A stretch of DNA of 64,000 nucleotides, taken from the IMG/VR virus record IMGVR_UViG_3300007770_001284, positions 190,744 through 254,743 of that record; one strand, given 5' to 3'. Shown in pieces: positions 19,201 through 27,836 of this stretch. Numbering within the stretch: the first letter of the stretch is position 1; every line of letters begins with the position of its first letter. The notes below the pieces were generated by a model that saw only the letters and a program-made list of their open reading frames with translations, did no database searches and had not been told where the DNA came from. The position numbers were made by a program, and so were the translations under genes.

Positions 19201-19653
19201 ATGAGAGTTTTTACAAATTTGCTTTGCGCATATATCTGCGCATGGCTTATCATATTCCCAACAATCGCATACGCTGACGATCCCCTTCCAATAAAAGCGG
19301 GCGATCCCGCTCCTCATGATGGAGTATTGTTTACCACCGAGGACGCCGCACGGCTTTTAGCGAATCTTGAGGTACAAGAAGCGACCTGTCAAGCGCAGAT
19401 AGAATATGAGGTGGCAACAGCAGTGAATCAAACGCAGCTATTATTAGATAATTGCCAGTCAGCGCTGGATATTAGAACACAATTATATGATGAAAGATTA
19501 GCTTTCCATACTGATTATAGTGAATATTTAGAGAATAGATTGACAAAGCCAAAAATATCACCAGAGGTTACTTTACTCATTGGAATATTAACTGGTGTGG
19601 GTTTGACAATCGGCGCTGGTGTTGCAATGAACCAAGCAGCAATATCTCCGTGA
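19201..19653 (+). CDS. Exported coiled-coil protein with C-terminal TM
   Basis: Signal peptide ending AYA; C-terminal LLIGILTGVGLTIGAG. Confidence 0.55.
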   Translation: MRVFTNLLCAYICAWLIIFPTIAYADDPLPIKAGDPAPHDGVLFTTEDAARLLANLEVQEATCQAQIEYEVATAVNQTQLLLDNCQSALDIRTQLYDERLAFHTDYSEYLENRLTKPKISPEVTLLIGILTGVGLTIGAGVAMNQAAISP

Positions 19654-19671
19654 AAACCGCTATTCTTGGTG

Positions 19672-19678
19672 ATACTTA
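19672..19678 (+). promoter_or_regulatory. Putative late-promoter motif ATACTTA
   Basis: Upstream of GGTGAGG SD and ATG 19694. Confidence 0.55.
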
Positions 19679-19693
19679 TTGGTGAGGTAGGCC

Positions 19694-20929
19694 ATGAAAC
19701 GAAATTTCGAAAATTTTAGAACACAAGCCAGAAAACTTTTGTTTGAAGACACATATAGCCTTTACAGCGATCAAGATAATCAGAGGGCAGGCACTCAGTT
19801 TGAAGAACCAGAGACCGCAGATCCCTATGAGCCTCCGATCACTGTTAACCCCCAGATGGCCACACAGCTATCAGTGGATGAACCCCCAGTTGACGACCCC
19901 GAATATAAGCCTGTAAGCAGTAAGGAGCTAGCAAAAGCAGTCGCAGTGTTGGCTCAGCGTTTACCTGACGAAGTAGCGGAGCTGACGTATGACAAATTTG
20001 AGAAATATGTTGTTGATAATGAAAGCGCTGGTGTTGAGGTCGTGGGTGAAGAAGAAGCCATGGCGGAAGAAGCTGAAGAGGATTCTGAGGTTAATGAGGT
20101 ACGTAAGCTTGTCCAAACCGCGCTTTGGCGCCATCTAATCGCAGAGGGGGACTGGTCTCAATTTCGACTGGGAAGGCATGATCATGATGATGATGATCTC
20201 GGAGAGGAAGGGTCGTATTCAGAGGTAGAACCCACCGAAGATGACTTAGACACAATTGAGTCTGGTGGTGGTATGTCATTCGAGGATCTTGCTCAAGAAA
20301 TTCCAGGCGTTTCCGGGGCTTCTGGAGCGAAACAAACCGTTAATAGAATCTTAAAAAAGATGGAGACATTGGCAAAACACTTTCCTGGAGATGTGGATGA
20401 AATTCGTCCTATAGCACGAAAAGCTTTTGTAGAAGGTAGCTTAGATCTTGGTCTTTTTGAACAAGAAGACGTTAGTGAAGTTGGTATTGATAATCCTATG
20501 TGGGATAAACTTGATGCGTTTCGGGCGTTTATGGATGCTGGGTTTATTTTACCAGCGCATCAATCGCTACTAAGAGATATGGGAAAAGAGATTCGAAAAG
20601 AGATTTCAGCTTCTGGGCTGGATCCGCTTGTCCATGAAATGGTCTTCAACCAGGCTGTCGGGAATTCCCCAGTGTCACCTCGTAAGATTGGATTGAAGCT
20701 GCAACGAAAAAATCCTGATATGTCCATGGAGGAGAGAGATGCAGAAGTGAAAAAAGCTTCAGGACTGGTGAGGAAGCTTACCACACAGCAGGAAAATTTG
20801 GGGGTTCTCTCTCCTGGACTGGCTGAAAGAGCGATAAGCGCATGGGATGGAAAATCAAATTCTCGTCAATTAAAGATTTTGTCTGATGCGTGGGCAGACG
20901 CAGCAGATTTTCGAGCTGAAGATTCATGA
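19694..20929 (+). CDS. Acidic hypothetical protein
   Basis: ARKLLFED and HLIAE motifs. Confidence 0.65.
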   Translation: MKRNFENFRTQARKLLFEDTYSLYSDQDNQRAGTQFEEPETADPYEPPITVNPQMATQLSVDEPPVDDPEYKPVSSKELAKAVAVLAQRLPDEVAELTYDKFEKYVVDNESAGVEVVGEEEAMAEEAEEDSEVNEVRKLVQTALWRHLIAEGDWSQFRLGRHDHDDDDLGEEGSYSEVEPTEDDLDTIESGGGMSFEDLAQEIPGVSGASGAKQTVNRILKKMETLAKHFPGDVDEIRPIARKAFVEGSLDLGLFEQEDVSEVGIDNPMWDKLDAFRAFMDAGFILPAHQSLLRDMGKEIRKEISASGLDPLVHEMVFNQAVGNSPVSPRKIGLKLQRKNPDMSMEERDAEVKKASGLVRKLTTQQENLGVLSPGLAERAISAWDGKSNSRQLKILSDAWADAADFRAEDS

Positions 20930-20935
20930 TCTTGG

Positions 20936-21340
20936 ATGGGCATTTTTATGAAATTGGATAAATTAATGAGAGAATATTTGGGTGAATCTGTTCCGCAAAG
21001 GAACCCGCTCAAAGATATTATGCCCCCCGATCTAGTGTGCGAAACAACAAGCCTTCCAGTGCAGGCAACTGAGGTTTCATGGGTTGTTGAAGAGGGGCCA
21101 GAAAGGCTTGTCCGGACATTTCATTTTCCAGATTTATCGACCAGAAATTGGTTCGTTTCAGAGATTATGGAAAAAGAAAAAGAAACAGACCATTATGGGA
21201 AGATATTGGTTGAGGGAAATGATGTTAAAATCGAGGTTCAAACTCACGATTTAAATCGAGTTACCGAGTTAGACCAGGAATACGCAGAGTATTGTGATGA
21301 TGTCTTTGGAGACGTTGGGTTTATGAAGGAGCTGTTTTAA
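20936..21340 (+). CDS. Pterin-4-alpha-carbinolamine dehydratase-like protein
   Basis: LVRTFHF, DHY, VQTHDL, VTELD; leader KLMREYLGES. Confidence 0.6.
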   Translation: MGIFMKLDKLMREYLGESVPQRNPLKDIMPPDLVCETTSLPVQATEVSWVVEEGPERLVRTFHFPDLSTRNWFVSEIMEKEKETDHYGKILVEGNDVKIEVQTHDLNRVTELDQEYAEYCDDVFGDVGFMKELF

Positions 21341-21768
21341 TGGCTGACATGAAAGTAACAATGGATTATGAAGAACTTGTAGATACTGACCATATTATCC
21401 TTTCGGAAGAGTTAAAAGATGCTCTTTTTACCGACAAAGACCTGGGTAATATAGAAGCTGCAGATCACAGTAGATTAACAATTACTGTCGGTGATGATGG
21501 AACAACGGCGGTAGTAAATGGTGCGTTGCAATCAATCGTGTCAGGTGCATATTTAACGATAGGATTTATTACGAGGAGTGATTGCAAAGAAATGTTAGGG
21601 GCTTTACAATCATGCGCGGTGAGCGATTCAAAGATCACGATCCGCGTAACGGGTGATTACAGCCTACAGGCATCTAGTGAGTGCTTTAAAAAATGGGATC
21701 TGACCATTCAAGAAGATAGATCGGCGTTATTAACTTTTACCATGGGAACTGAAAATGTCATATTTTGA
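21340..21768 (+). CDS. Hypothetical protein
   Basis: TAATG-coupled ORF. Confidence 0.55.
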   Translation: MADMKVTMDYEELVDTDHIILSEELKDALFTDKDLGNIEAADHSRLTITVGDDGTTAVVNGALQSIVSGAYLTIGFITRSDCKEMLGALQSCAVSDSKITIRVTGDYSLQASSECFKKWDLTIQEDRSALLTFTMGTENVIF

Positions 21769-21931
21769 TAAGTTTATTAAAGATCTAGAAGATCGTCGTC
21801 AACGAAAGAAAGACTCAAAGACGATACTTGAGCAAGAGCAGCAGTACCAAGAGAAAAGAAGGGAGCGAATTCGTCGTTTTCAAGAGCGTTGGCAGAATAC
21901 TGTTGTGTGGAAGCCGGTAAATAAAAAATGA
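21755..21931 (+). CDS. Small charged hypothetical protein (58 aa, not in the ORF track)
   Basis: MSYFDKFIKDLEDRRQ...; fills the gap and overlaps the next ATG as ATGA. Confidence 0.5.
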   Translation: MSYFDKFIKDLEDRRQRKKDSKTILEQEQQYQEKRRERIRRFQERWQNTVVWKPVNKK

Positions 21932-22923
21932 AGCGTTTTGATCCCGAGGCCGTTGGTGCAAAAATAGCAAAGCTATTGCTATTAGAGCAGGTCGCTGCGA
22001 GCGAAGAAGAAAAGCTGCAAGATAAATTATCAAAACAAATTGATAAATTAAAGTTACGCGCTCCTGAAGGCTCTGATGAAGAAAAAATAACAGATGAGCA
22101 GGAAGATGAAGAAGAAGAGGGGGAAGAAAAAGAAGCTAAGCCCGACGCTGAAGATGTAGATATGGACCCAAAGCCTGTTCCTGAAGAGGGCGAAGAAGGA
22201 GGCGAAGACTCAGAGGGTGGTCAGGGCGAAAAATTTAAAGTAACCGCTCCAGCGTATATCCCTACGCAGCTCAGCATTGGTGACATTGAGCGCCAGCTAA
22301 ACAACCTCAGGGCCGGCAAGAGCCTTAAAGATAAGGTAATCGCAAAAGAGCTTGAAACATATTTTGGAGAGCTTGGACAGGGTGAGCAACAAGCTCTCTT
22401 CACCTATCTCGCTTCATTGGCAGCGATAATGACGGGTGGTACATCTGGCGCAGCAGCCCCTCGTCCAGAGAATTTGGATGTTGATATTGATATTGAACCT
22501 AAGGCCGGCTCAGATGTTGCAAGAACAACGCAGTCTCGTCAACGTACATCATCGAGAAAGAAAGCTGCAACGCCTTCTGGAATTCCAGTTGACAGAGCAG
22601 CGCCGATAGTCGTTGGAGAGAGAGCGAATAAGCAGCTTGAACTAATGAGCGTTTTTGAGAATGCATCGTACGGCGATGATCACCGCTGTGTTGGGGGTCG
22701 TGTTGTTCCGTTCGGTTCCTCACGCTGCGTGCAAGATCTAGATATTAGAATTGAAGACCTCGTTCAACAGCGAGATGATTTGACAAGAGGGACTGCTGAT
22801 AGAGCAAGCTTAAACGGAACGCTAAAGTTTATGCGCCAAAAAAGAAGAAAGGCAAATAAGTTTGCTGAGCAACAAAAACAAGAAAAACTCCAAGGCAGGC
22901 TTGACACAGCAGACGAGCTATAG
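21928..22923 (+). CDS. Acidic hypothetical protein
   Basis: KIAKLLLLEQ motif; Glu-rich tract. Confidence 0.65.
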   Translation: MKRFDPEAVGAKIAKLLLLEQVAASEEEKLQDKLSKQIDKLKLRAPEGSDEEKITDEQEDEEEEGEEKEAKPDAEDVDMDPKPVPEEGEEGGEDSEGGQGEKFKVTAPAYIPTQLSIGDIERQLNNLRAGKSLKDKVIAKELETYFGELGQGEQQALFTYLASLAAIMTGGTSGAAAPRPENLDVDIDIEPKAGSDVARTTQSRQRTSSRKKAATPSGIPVDRAAPIVVGERANKQLELMSVFENASYGDDHRCVGGRVVPFGSSRCVQDLDIRIEDLVQQRDDLTRGTADRASLNGTLKFMRQKRRKANKFAEQQKQEKLQGRLDTADEL

Positions 22924-22925
22924 AG

Positions 22926-23810
22926 ATGTTGTTCCACGTCAATCCTTTCTTGTGGTCTGTTGACGACTTAAGCCTCGACGATATACTTGAGATAGCAGAT
23001 GTACTGACTCATCAGACGCCCGCAGTCCGACCAATTTTTGAGTGCGTGAAGGTGTATGCTAAGCTGGATGAGAATGCCAAAGTGAGGTATGCTCGACACA
23101 AGTCAGACTTTCGTGGAGTTTACAAGCAGGACATCATTGATCGAATGAAAGGCTCCGCCGTTTCAGACGCAGTGGCTGAAGCGCTTCAAGAAATTGAAGA
23201 TAACATTATAGATGTATGGCCCTTTCGTCCCGGGTCTGCGACGTGGTGCTTGTTTGAAATACTTGACCCTGCAATATGTATCGCTGGTTGGGAAAATTCC
23301 CAGAGGGTAATCGTAAGAGAAGCAGTTCGGATCGATATTAAGGGTAATAAGACTTCTAGTCCATTGATAGATCGCATGTTCGCAAGAATGAGAGAAGACA
23401 TCAAGCGAAGTGACAGTTCACAGTTTATTTTTGATCCTGTTTTGCATCTTCGAAACATTAGTGGTACTGGAGTATATACTGACTTAAGGGCTGATGTTGC
23501 TGCAATTTCAGCAGCTGAAGGCGGGACACGATTATCAGTGCGTGAATTAAGCGAGCAATCGCAGAATTTCCTTGTGGCTAGTTTAAGGAAGTTTGCTGAT
23601 CGTCTGTTTCTCGCGAATTCTACAAGTTTACTATATGAATCTTTAGAAGAATCAGAAGCTTTGCTTGACCATTTTCCCGGGATAAATGTGAAAATAGACG
23701 GCCTAGCATTTCGATTAAGCGGTTCTTTTCTGAGCAGAAAGGAAGAAATAGTCCTGGAGGGAGAGGCTCAAAAGAGTACACTCCCTCTTCCCCTTCCGTG
23801 GCGGTCGTAA
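22926..23810 (+). CDS. Degenerate paralog of the ligase-like domain of 61846..63756
   Basis: VRYARHKSD ~ VQTARNAGD; FEILDP ~ MEVMYP; PGINV..FRLSGSF ~ EGIVF..KLTGTF; no KxDG. Confidence 0.45.
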   Translation: MLFHVNPFLWSVDDLSLDDILEIADVLTHQTPAVRPIFECVKVYAKLDENAKVRYARHKSDFRGVYKQDIIDRMKGSAVSDAVAEALQEIEDNIIDVWPFRPGSATWCLFEILDPAICIAGWENSQRVIVREAVRIDIKGNKTSSPLIDRMFARMREDIKRSDSSQFIFDPVLHLRNISGTGVYTDLRADVAAISAAEGGTRLSVRELSEQSQNFLVASLRKFADRLFLANSTSLLYESLEESEALLDHFPGINVKIDGLAFRLSGSFLSRKEEIVLEGEAQKSTLPLPLPWRS

Positions 23811-24043
23811 TGACACATAGCGAGATCCTTGAAGAAGCCATTGGTCTCGGGAGCGTTTGCGAGATAAACGAGTGGATGGAATTGAAAAAACTTTTACTAG
23901 TCAGTCTTCCCTCTGATGCTAGGAGAAATTTCTCCACTAGAGACCCAAAAACAAAAAGACAGCACCTAAATGATTTTGAGCATTGGTTGATTGATAATTA
24001 CTTCCGTGCACTTGGCACAAAGCTTGGAGTTGAAGATGAATAG
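23810..24043 (+). CDS. Hypothetical protein
   Basis: Coupled small ORF. Confidence 0.5.
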   Translation: MTHSEILEEAIGLGSVCEINEWMELKKLLLVSLPSDARRNFSTRDPKTKRQHLNDFEHWLIDNYFRALGTKLGVEDE

Positions 24044-25283
24044 AGCGCAGCGAGCCAATGAGCAGTTTATCAGGCAACAAATTAGGAAAATTCTTGCAGA
24101 GTCTTCTCAAGAGCTATTGCTTGAGAATGAGTTCGGAGACTTTGCATCACCTGATGAAGTCTATAAAACTTTCATTGGTCCATTTGTTAACGTGATGAAG
24201 GTTGCCAAAACAGCTTTCAAGGATGTGTCATCCGCCACTCTTATTTCTCTGTCTCATGCATTTTCTTTCAGTGAAAAAAATCGTGAGAAGCTCCGGGCAA
24301 AGTATAAAATAGATCGTGACAAATACCGGCAAGAATATGCTGAAACGATGAAAGAGATTGATGAAACGTTGGCATCTAGCGATGCAAAGTTGATGGCTTT
24401 TATGTTCAACCCTGGTGCATTTTTGGGTGCTCAAATGCTATCTCAAGCCAATGACCTGAATGAGCCGGTTTATGACTATATAAAGATGAGGATGGATTGG
24501 ATCAGTCCAGAGCTAGACGCAGTTTTTCGAGATGTTGACACCAAGAGGGGCGCAGAGGCAGGACCCGCTCGTGGCCTGTTGGGAGACCTCAAGGTGCTAT
24601 TTTTTGGCGAGGGATATCAATCGGTCACGCCCTTGTTAGAAGCAGAAGAAGAAGGAAAGAAGGAAAAGAAGGAAGAAGAGGAAGAGCCTCCAGCTGAATT
24701 ATCTGAAGAAGAAGTGATAGAAAGAATTACTAAAGCTCTTAAGGCTTCGGCTTGGGGTAAGCAATTGCGGAAGGATGCTGAGAATATCGTAAAGATGAAG
24801 ATGGCTGAAATCGAGGAAGTAAAAGGGATGGTTCAGGATCAAATGGCTGCCCTTTCGGAATTAACATCTGCAAAAAGTCTGGAAGAAATAGCACCGGTCG
24901 CTCAAAAACTAAAAACAATGGATGTAGATCTCACCTCCCAACTTCAGGAAGTCGAGAAGGTTGTCACAAAGAAGAAAGAAGAGTTAGCTGGCCCTGACGG
25001 AAAGACAATGATGGATGATCTTCGAAAGTTACCTGATGGGAAGAGTCTTCCGAAAGATGCTGGACCGGAGGATTTTGCACCGCTTCTAGAGAAGGGTATA
25101 CTTGCAAGTATGTTTCAGGGAGCAACCGCGAAAGCTCGTCAAGAATTGCTTCAAGGTGTGATGGACTATGTCGCAGAAGACATGAAGCCAAGCGAAGTAC
25201 AGGAATTCAAAGAAGCTGGTCCATTAGGCGAAAAATATTCTGATGTAATAATGAATTTCTCTAAAGAGCTTGCAAGCCTTTAG
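24036..25283 (+). CDS. Helical hypothetical protein with leader FIRQQIRKILAES..LLLENE
   Basis: Long ORF; internal PLLEAEEE. Confidence 0.65.
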   Translation: MNRAQRANEQFIRQQIRKILAESSQELLLENEFGDFASPDEVYKTFIGPFVNVMKVAKTAFKDVSSATLISLSHAFSFSEKNREKLRAKYKIDRDKYRQEYAETMKEIDETLASSDAKLMAFMFNPGAFLGAQMLSQANDLNEPVYDYIKMRMDWISPELDAVFRDVDTKRGAEAGPARGLLGDLKVLFFGEGYQSVTPLLEAEEEGKKEKKEEEEEPPAELSEEEVIERITKALKASAWGKQLRKDAENIVKMKMAEIEEVKGMVQDQMAALSELTSAKSLEEIAPVAQKLKTMDVDLTSQLQEVEKVVTKKKEELAGPDGKTMMDDLRKLPDGKSLPKDAGPEDFAPLLEKGILASMFQGATAKARQELLQGVMDYVAEDMKPSEVQEFKEAGPLGEKYSDVIMNFSKELASL

Positions 25284-25353
25284 TTCTACTTTCCAGTTTT
25301 CATTTCGCGGTTTATGATTATAATGAAATCGTACATGTCTGGGAGATGATGTT

Positions 25354-25713
25354 ATGAATGATGAGAGATGGATACCAGAAATTTGTTATGAAGAAGTTGA
25401 AGATGGACTGACATCTCATATTCCTTTTGTAGAAGTTCCAATTGGAGCTGAAATGCCGAAGGTTCTTTTCATTTTTGAATCTAGAAACACTGGTGAGACA
25501 GAGCCTGGTCTTGATGGCGAAGAAATGCCGATCGTGGAATTAGATTTGCATCAATATGCTGATATGAATATTTTACGTGATCAATTGAGTACAGCCTTAT
25601 ATGATGAAGTAAGGCAAGCTCTAGGGCTAGAGTCTCTTTCGACGGCGATGCCAGCTGGCACGAAAATTACTGAAAATATTAGAAGTAAGCTGGGTAGTGA
25701 AACTAGTGATTGA
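25354..25713 (+). CDS. Hypothetical protein
   Basis: 119 aa ORF with an upstream TATAAT at 25319. Confidence 0.6.
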   Translation: MNDERWIPEICYEEVEDGLTSHIPFVEVPIGAEMPKVLFIFESRNTGETEPGLDGEEMPIVELDLHQYADMNILRDQLSTALYDEVRQALGLESLSTAMPAGTKITENIRSKLGSETSD

Positions 25714-25714
25714 T

Positions 25715-25743
25715 GTGTAAAATTTGCGGTTTTATGGTAAAAT
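25715..25743 (+). promoter_or_regulatory. Sigma70-like promoter GTGTAA-N17-TAAAAT (extended -10 TG)
   Basis: Followed by GGAGG and a TTG start at 25773. Confidence 0.6.
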
Positions 25744-25772
25744 ATAGCTATATCAAATAATACCGGAGGTTT

Positions 25773-26450
25773 TTGATGTCACACTCTTATCTTTCCCGTG
25801 AGGCAGCGATTGATGCTGTTAACAATATCATGGGATTTGCAGATGATATGACTCGAACATACGCAAAACATGGAATAGATCTCGGTGGTGATGTTGGTAG
25901 ACAAAATATCCTTCTGTCTCCCGCTCAAGAGCATTTTTTTGCTGATGCTATCCGGCAAGCCGTAGGCTCATGTCGTAACGATGGTAGGACTGGTGAACCT
26001 GATATCGTCATTACTGCATTGGGTGATAAAGAGCTTGAGTGTAAGGTTGTCTGCCAAGGAAAGTCCGGCGCATGGTCCCTCCAGGCAGATCGTACGTCAC
26101 TGTCTGACGGTAGAACGTTAGATTTTCTATATCTTATGTTCGATCGCTCATATGAGAATGTAGGCGTTTTCCTTTTTAGTGATTTAGGATATGATGATTT
26201 TAAGGTGGCTAGCCCTGGCTCAAGAGGGAAATCCCGAATGCATAAATCATCGGCATTTCAAAAGTGCATTCCGTTGATTGGCGGTTTTTCTGATAGGAGC
26301 AAAAAATTCATCGCGCAATATACTAAGGCGCTAGAGGAAGCCGTTACACCAGCGCAACGTTCTCATGCTAAGCAAAAATTAGAGCTGTGGAAAACAAAGG
26401 GTCCGCAAATAGCAATTTCACTGGAGCCTATTGATGACATTAGAAAATGA
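25773..26450 (+). CDS. PD-(D/E)xK nuclease-like protein
   Basis: GEPDIV...ELECK motif. Confidence 0.5.
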   Translation: MMSHSYLSREAAIDAVNNIMGFADDMTRTYAKHGIDLGGDVGRQNILLSPAQEHFFADAIRQAVGSCRNDGRTGEPDIVITALGDKELECKVVCQGKSGAWSLQADRTSLSDGRTLDFLYLMFDRSYENVGVFLFSDLGYDDFKVASPGSRGKSRMHKSSAFQKCIPLIGGFSDRSKKFIAQYTKALEEAVTPAQRSHAKQKLELWKTKGPQIAISLEPIDDIRK

Positions 26451-26835
26451 ATCAGATTTTTCGGTTGGTCAAGTTGTTTATTTTATAGCAAACAAAACAG
26501 AGACAGTTATTCCAGCTTTGATTGCTGAAAAGATTGTTCGAACACGCATCGATGGTGAACAGGTTGGGTATATTTTAAGCGTTAGAACCAAGCAGGGCAT
26601 TGAGCGTGCAGAGATTGACCCATCTAAAACTAAGCTTTTTTCCACAACTGTAGATGTTCGAGAGCACATGCTGACCTTGGCGACAGCAGCCATAGATCGA
26701 TTGATCCTGACAGCTGAGAAAGCTGCTGAGGAATTCGGTCCGGCGCAAGAGGCAATCCCAATGAGCGAGACAGCAGGAGAGGAAGCTCAAGTTGTTTTAG
26801 AAGATGGCAAGATCGCAAGAATTAGGATGCCTTGA
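26434..26835 (+). CDS. Hypothetical protein
   Basis: FSVGQVVYF SH3/KOW-like start. Confidence 0.55.
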   Translation: MTLENESDFSVGQVVYFIANKTETVIPALIAEKIVRTRIDGEQVGYILSVRTKQGIERAEIDPSKTKLFSTTVDVREHMLTLATAAIDRLILTAEKAAEEFGPAQEAIPMSETAGEEAQVVLEDGKIARIRMP

Positions 26836-26836
26836 T

Positions 26837-27667
26837 ATGAAACACTTGATTTTAGATGCGAACAACTTGATCTTTCGAGCGCGTCATTCTTGCTATCAGC
26901 GTAATTACGAGAATGTTATTGTCCATACATTCTTTCGGAGTCTGAAACCGATCGTTGAAAAGTTTTCACCTGATTACGTGTATTTTGTGCTTGATGGAAG
27001 ACCGAAAAAAAGGTTAGAGGTTCTTCCCGAGTATAAGGCAAACCGCACTTACCATGATAAAGATGGCTTTAGTCATCAAAGAAAAGAAATTATAAGAATT
27101 GTTAGGGAGAAATTTCCATTTGTGACTTTACGACATCCTGAAGCAGAGGCTGATGATGTAATAGCGCATTTGGCGCTTGAGTCTATTCCTGACGATCATG
27201 AAAAGATTATTGTTTCAAGCGATACAGATTTCATTCAATTGTGCCAAGATGCTCCGCTGACGCAGCTTTACAATCCCATCTCAAAAAGCTTTCGCCCGGC
27301 GCCCGCTTACCCCTACGCTATTTGGAAAGCGTTTCGAGGTGATGGGTCTGATAATATTCCCGGTATTAGGGGGATTGGGAACAAGCGCGCAGCTACTCTG
27401 GCTAGCGATCTTAATGCCAGATCGTTGTTTTTCGAAAGCAGTCCAGAGCATGAAGAGGTTTTTTTGCGAAACGTAGGGTTGATATCGCTGACTGCGCTTG
27501 AGGATATATCAACGCTACAAATTTCTTATAGCGAACAAGAATTTTCTAGTGTGCTGGAAACCTTTACTACACTTGGATTCAAGAGTATGATTAGTCAAAA
27601 TGCATGGCAAAAATATTCTAAGCCATTTGAGGACTTGAAAGATGGAACAAGGTACATTACCTCCTGA
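26837..27667 (+). CDS. 5'-3' exonuclease / flap endonuclease (T4 RNase H-like)
   Basis: LILDANNLIFR, LDG, YKANR, EADDVI, SSDTDF, GDGSDNIPGIRGIG. Confidence 0.9.
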   Translation: MKHLILDANNLIFRARHSCYQRNYENVIVHTFFRSLKPIVEKFSPDYVYFVLDGRPKKRLEVLPEYKANRTYHDKDGFSHQRKEIIRIVREKFPFVTLRHPEAEADDVIAHLALESIPDDHEKIIVSSDTDFIQLCQDAPLTQLYNPISKSFRPAPAYPYAIWKAFRGDGSDNIPGIRGIGNKRAATLASDLNARSLFFESSPEHEEVFLRNVGLISLTALEDISTLQISYSEQEFSSVLETFTTLGFKSMISQNAWQKYSKPFEDLKDGTRYITS

Positions 27668-27836
27668 GATTTTGGTAGAAATGCGCGCAAAAGGATTGAT
27701 ATCTGAGACTGAGATTGTCTATAAAGAGGGTGATCTTTATGTCGCAAAGGATGTTGTGACAAATTCAAAAAGAATTATTGAGTATGGAGGCCCAGTCCGT
27801 GAGGGCCGCGGCGGTAAGAGGCTGCTCAAAGGATGA
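27642..27836 (+). CDS. Small hypothetical protein
   Basis: Coupled ORF. Confidence 0.55.
   Translation: MEQGTLPPEILVEMRAKGLISETEIVYKEGDLYVAKDVVTNSKRIIEYGGPVREGRGGKRLLKG

Noticed and set aside
13604-25283. Major capsid, portal or terminase calls for the acidic genes
   Set aside because: No diagnostic motif recognised; left as hypothetical
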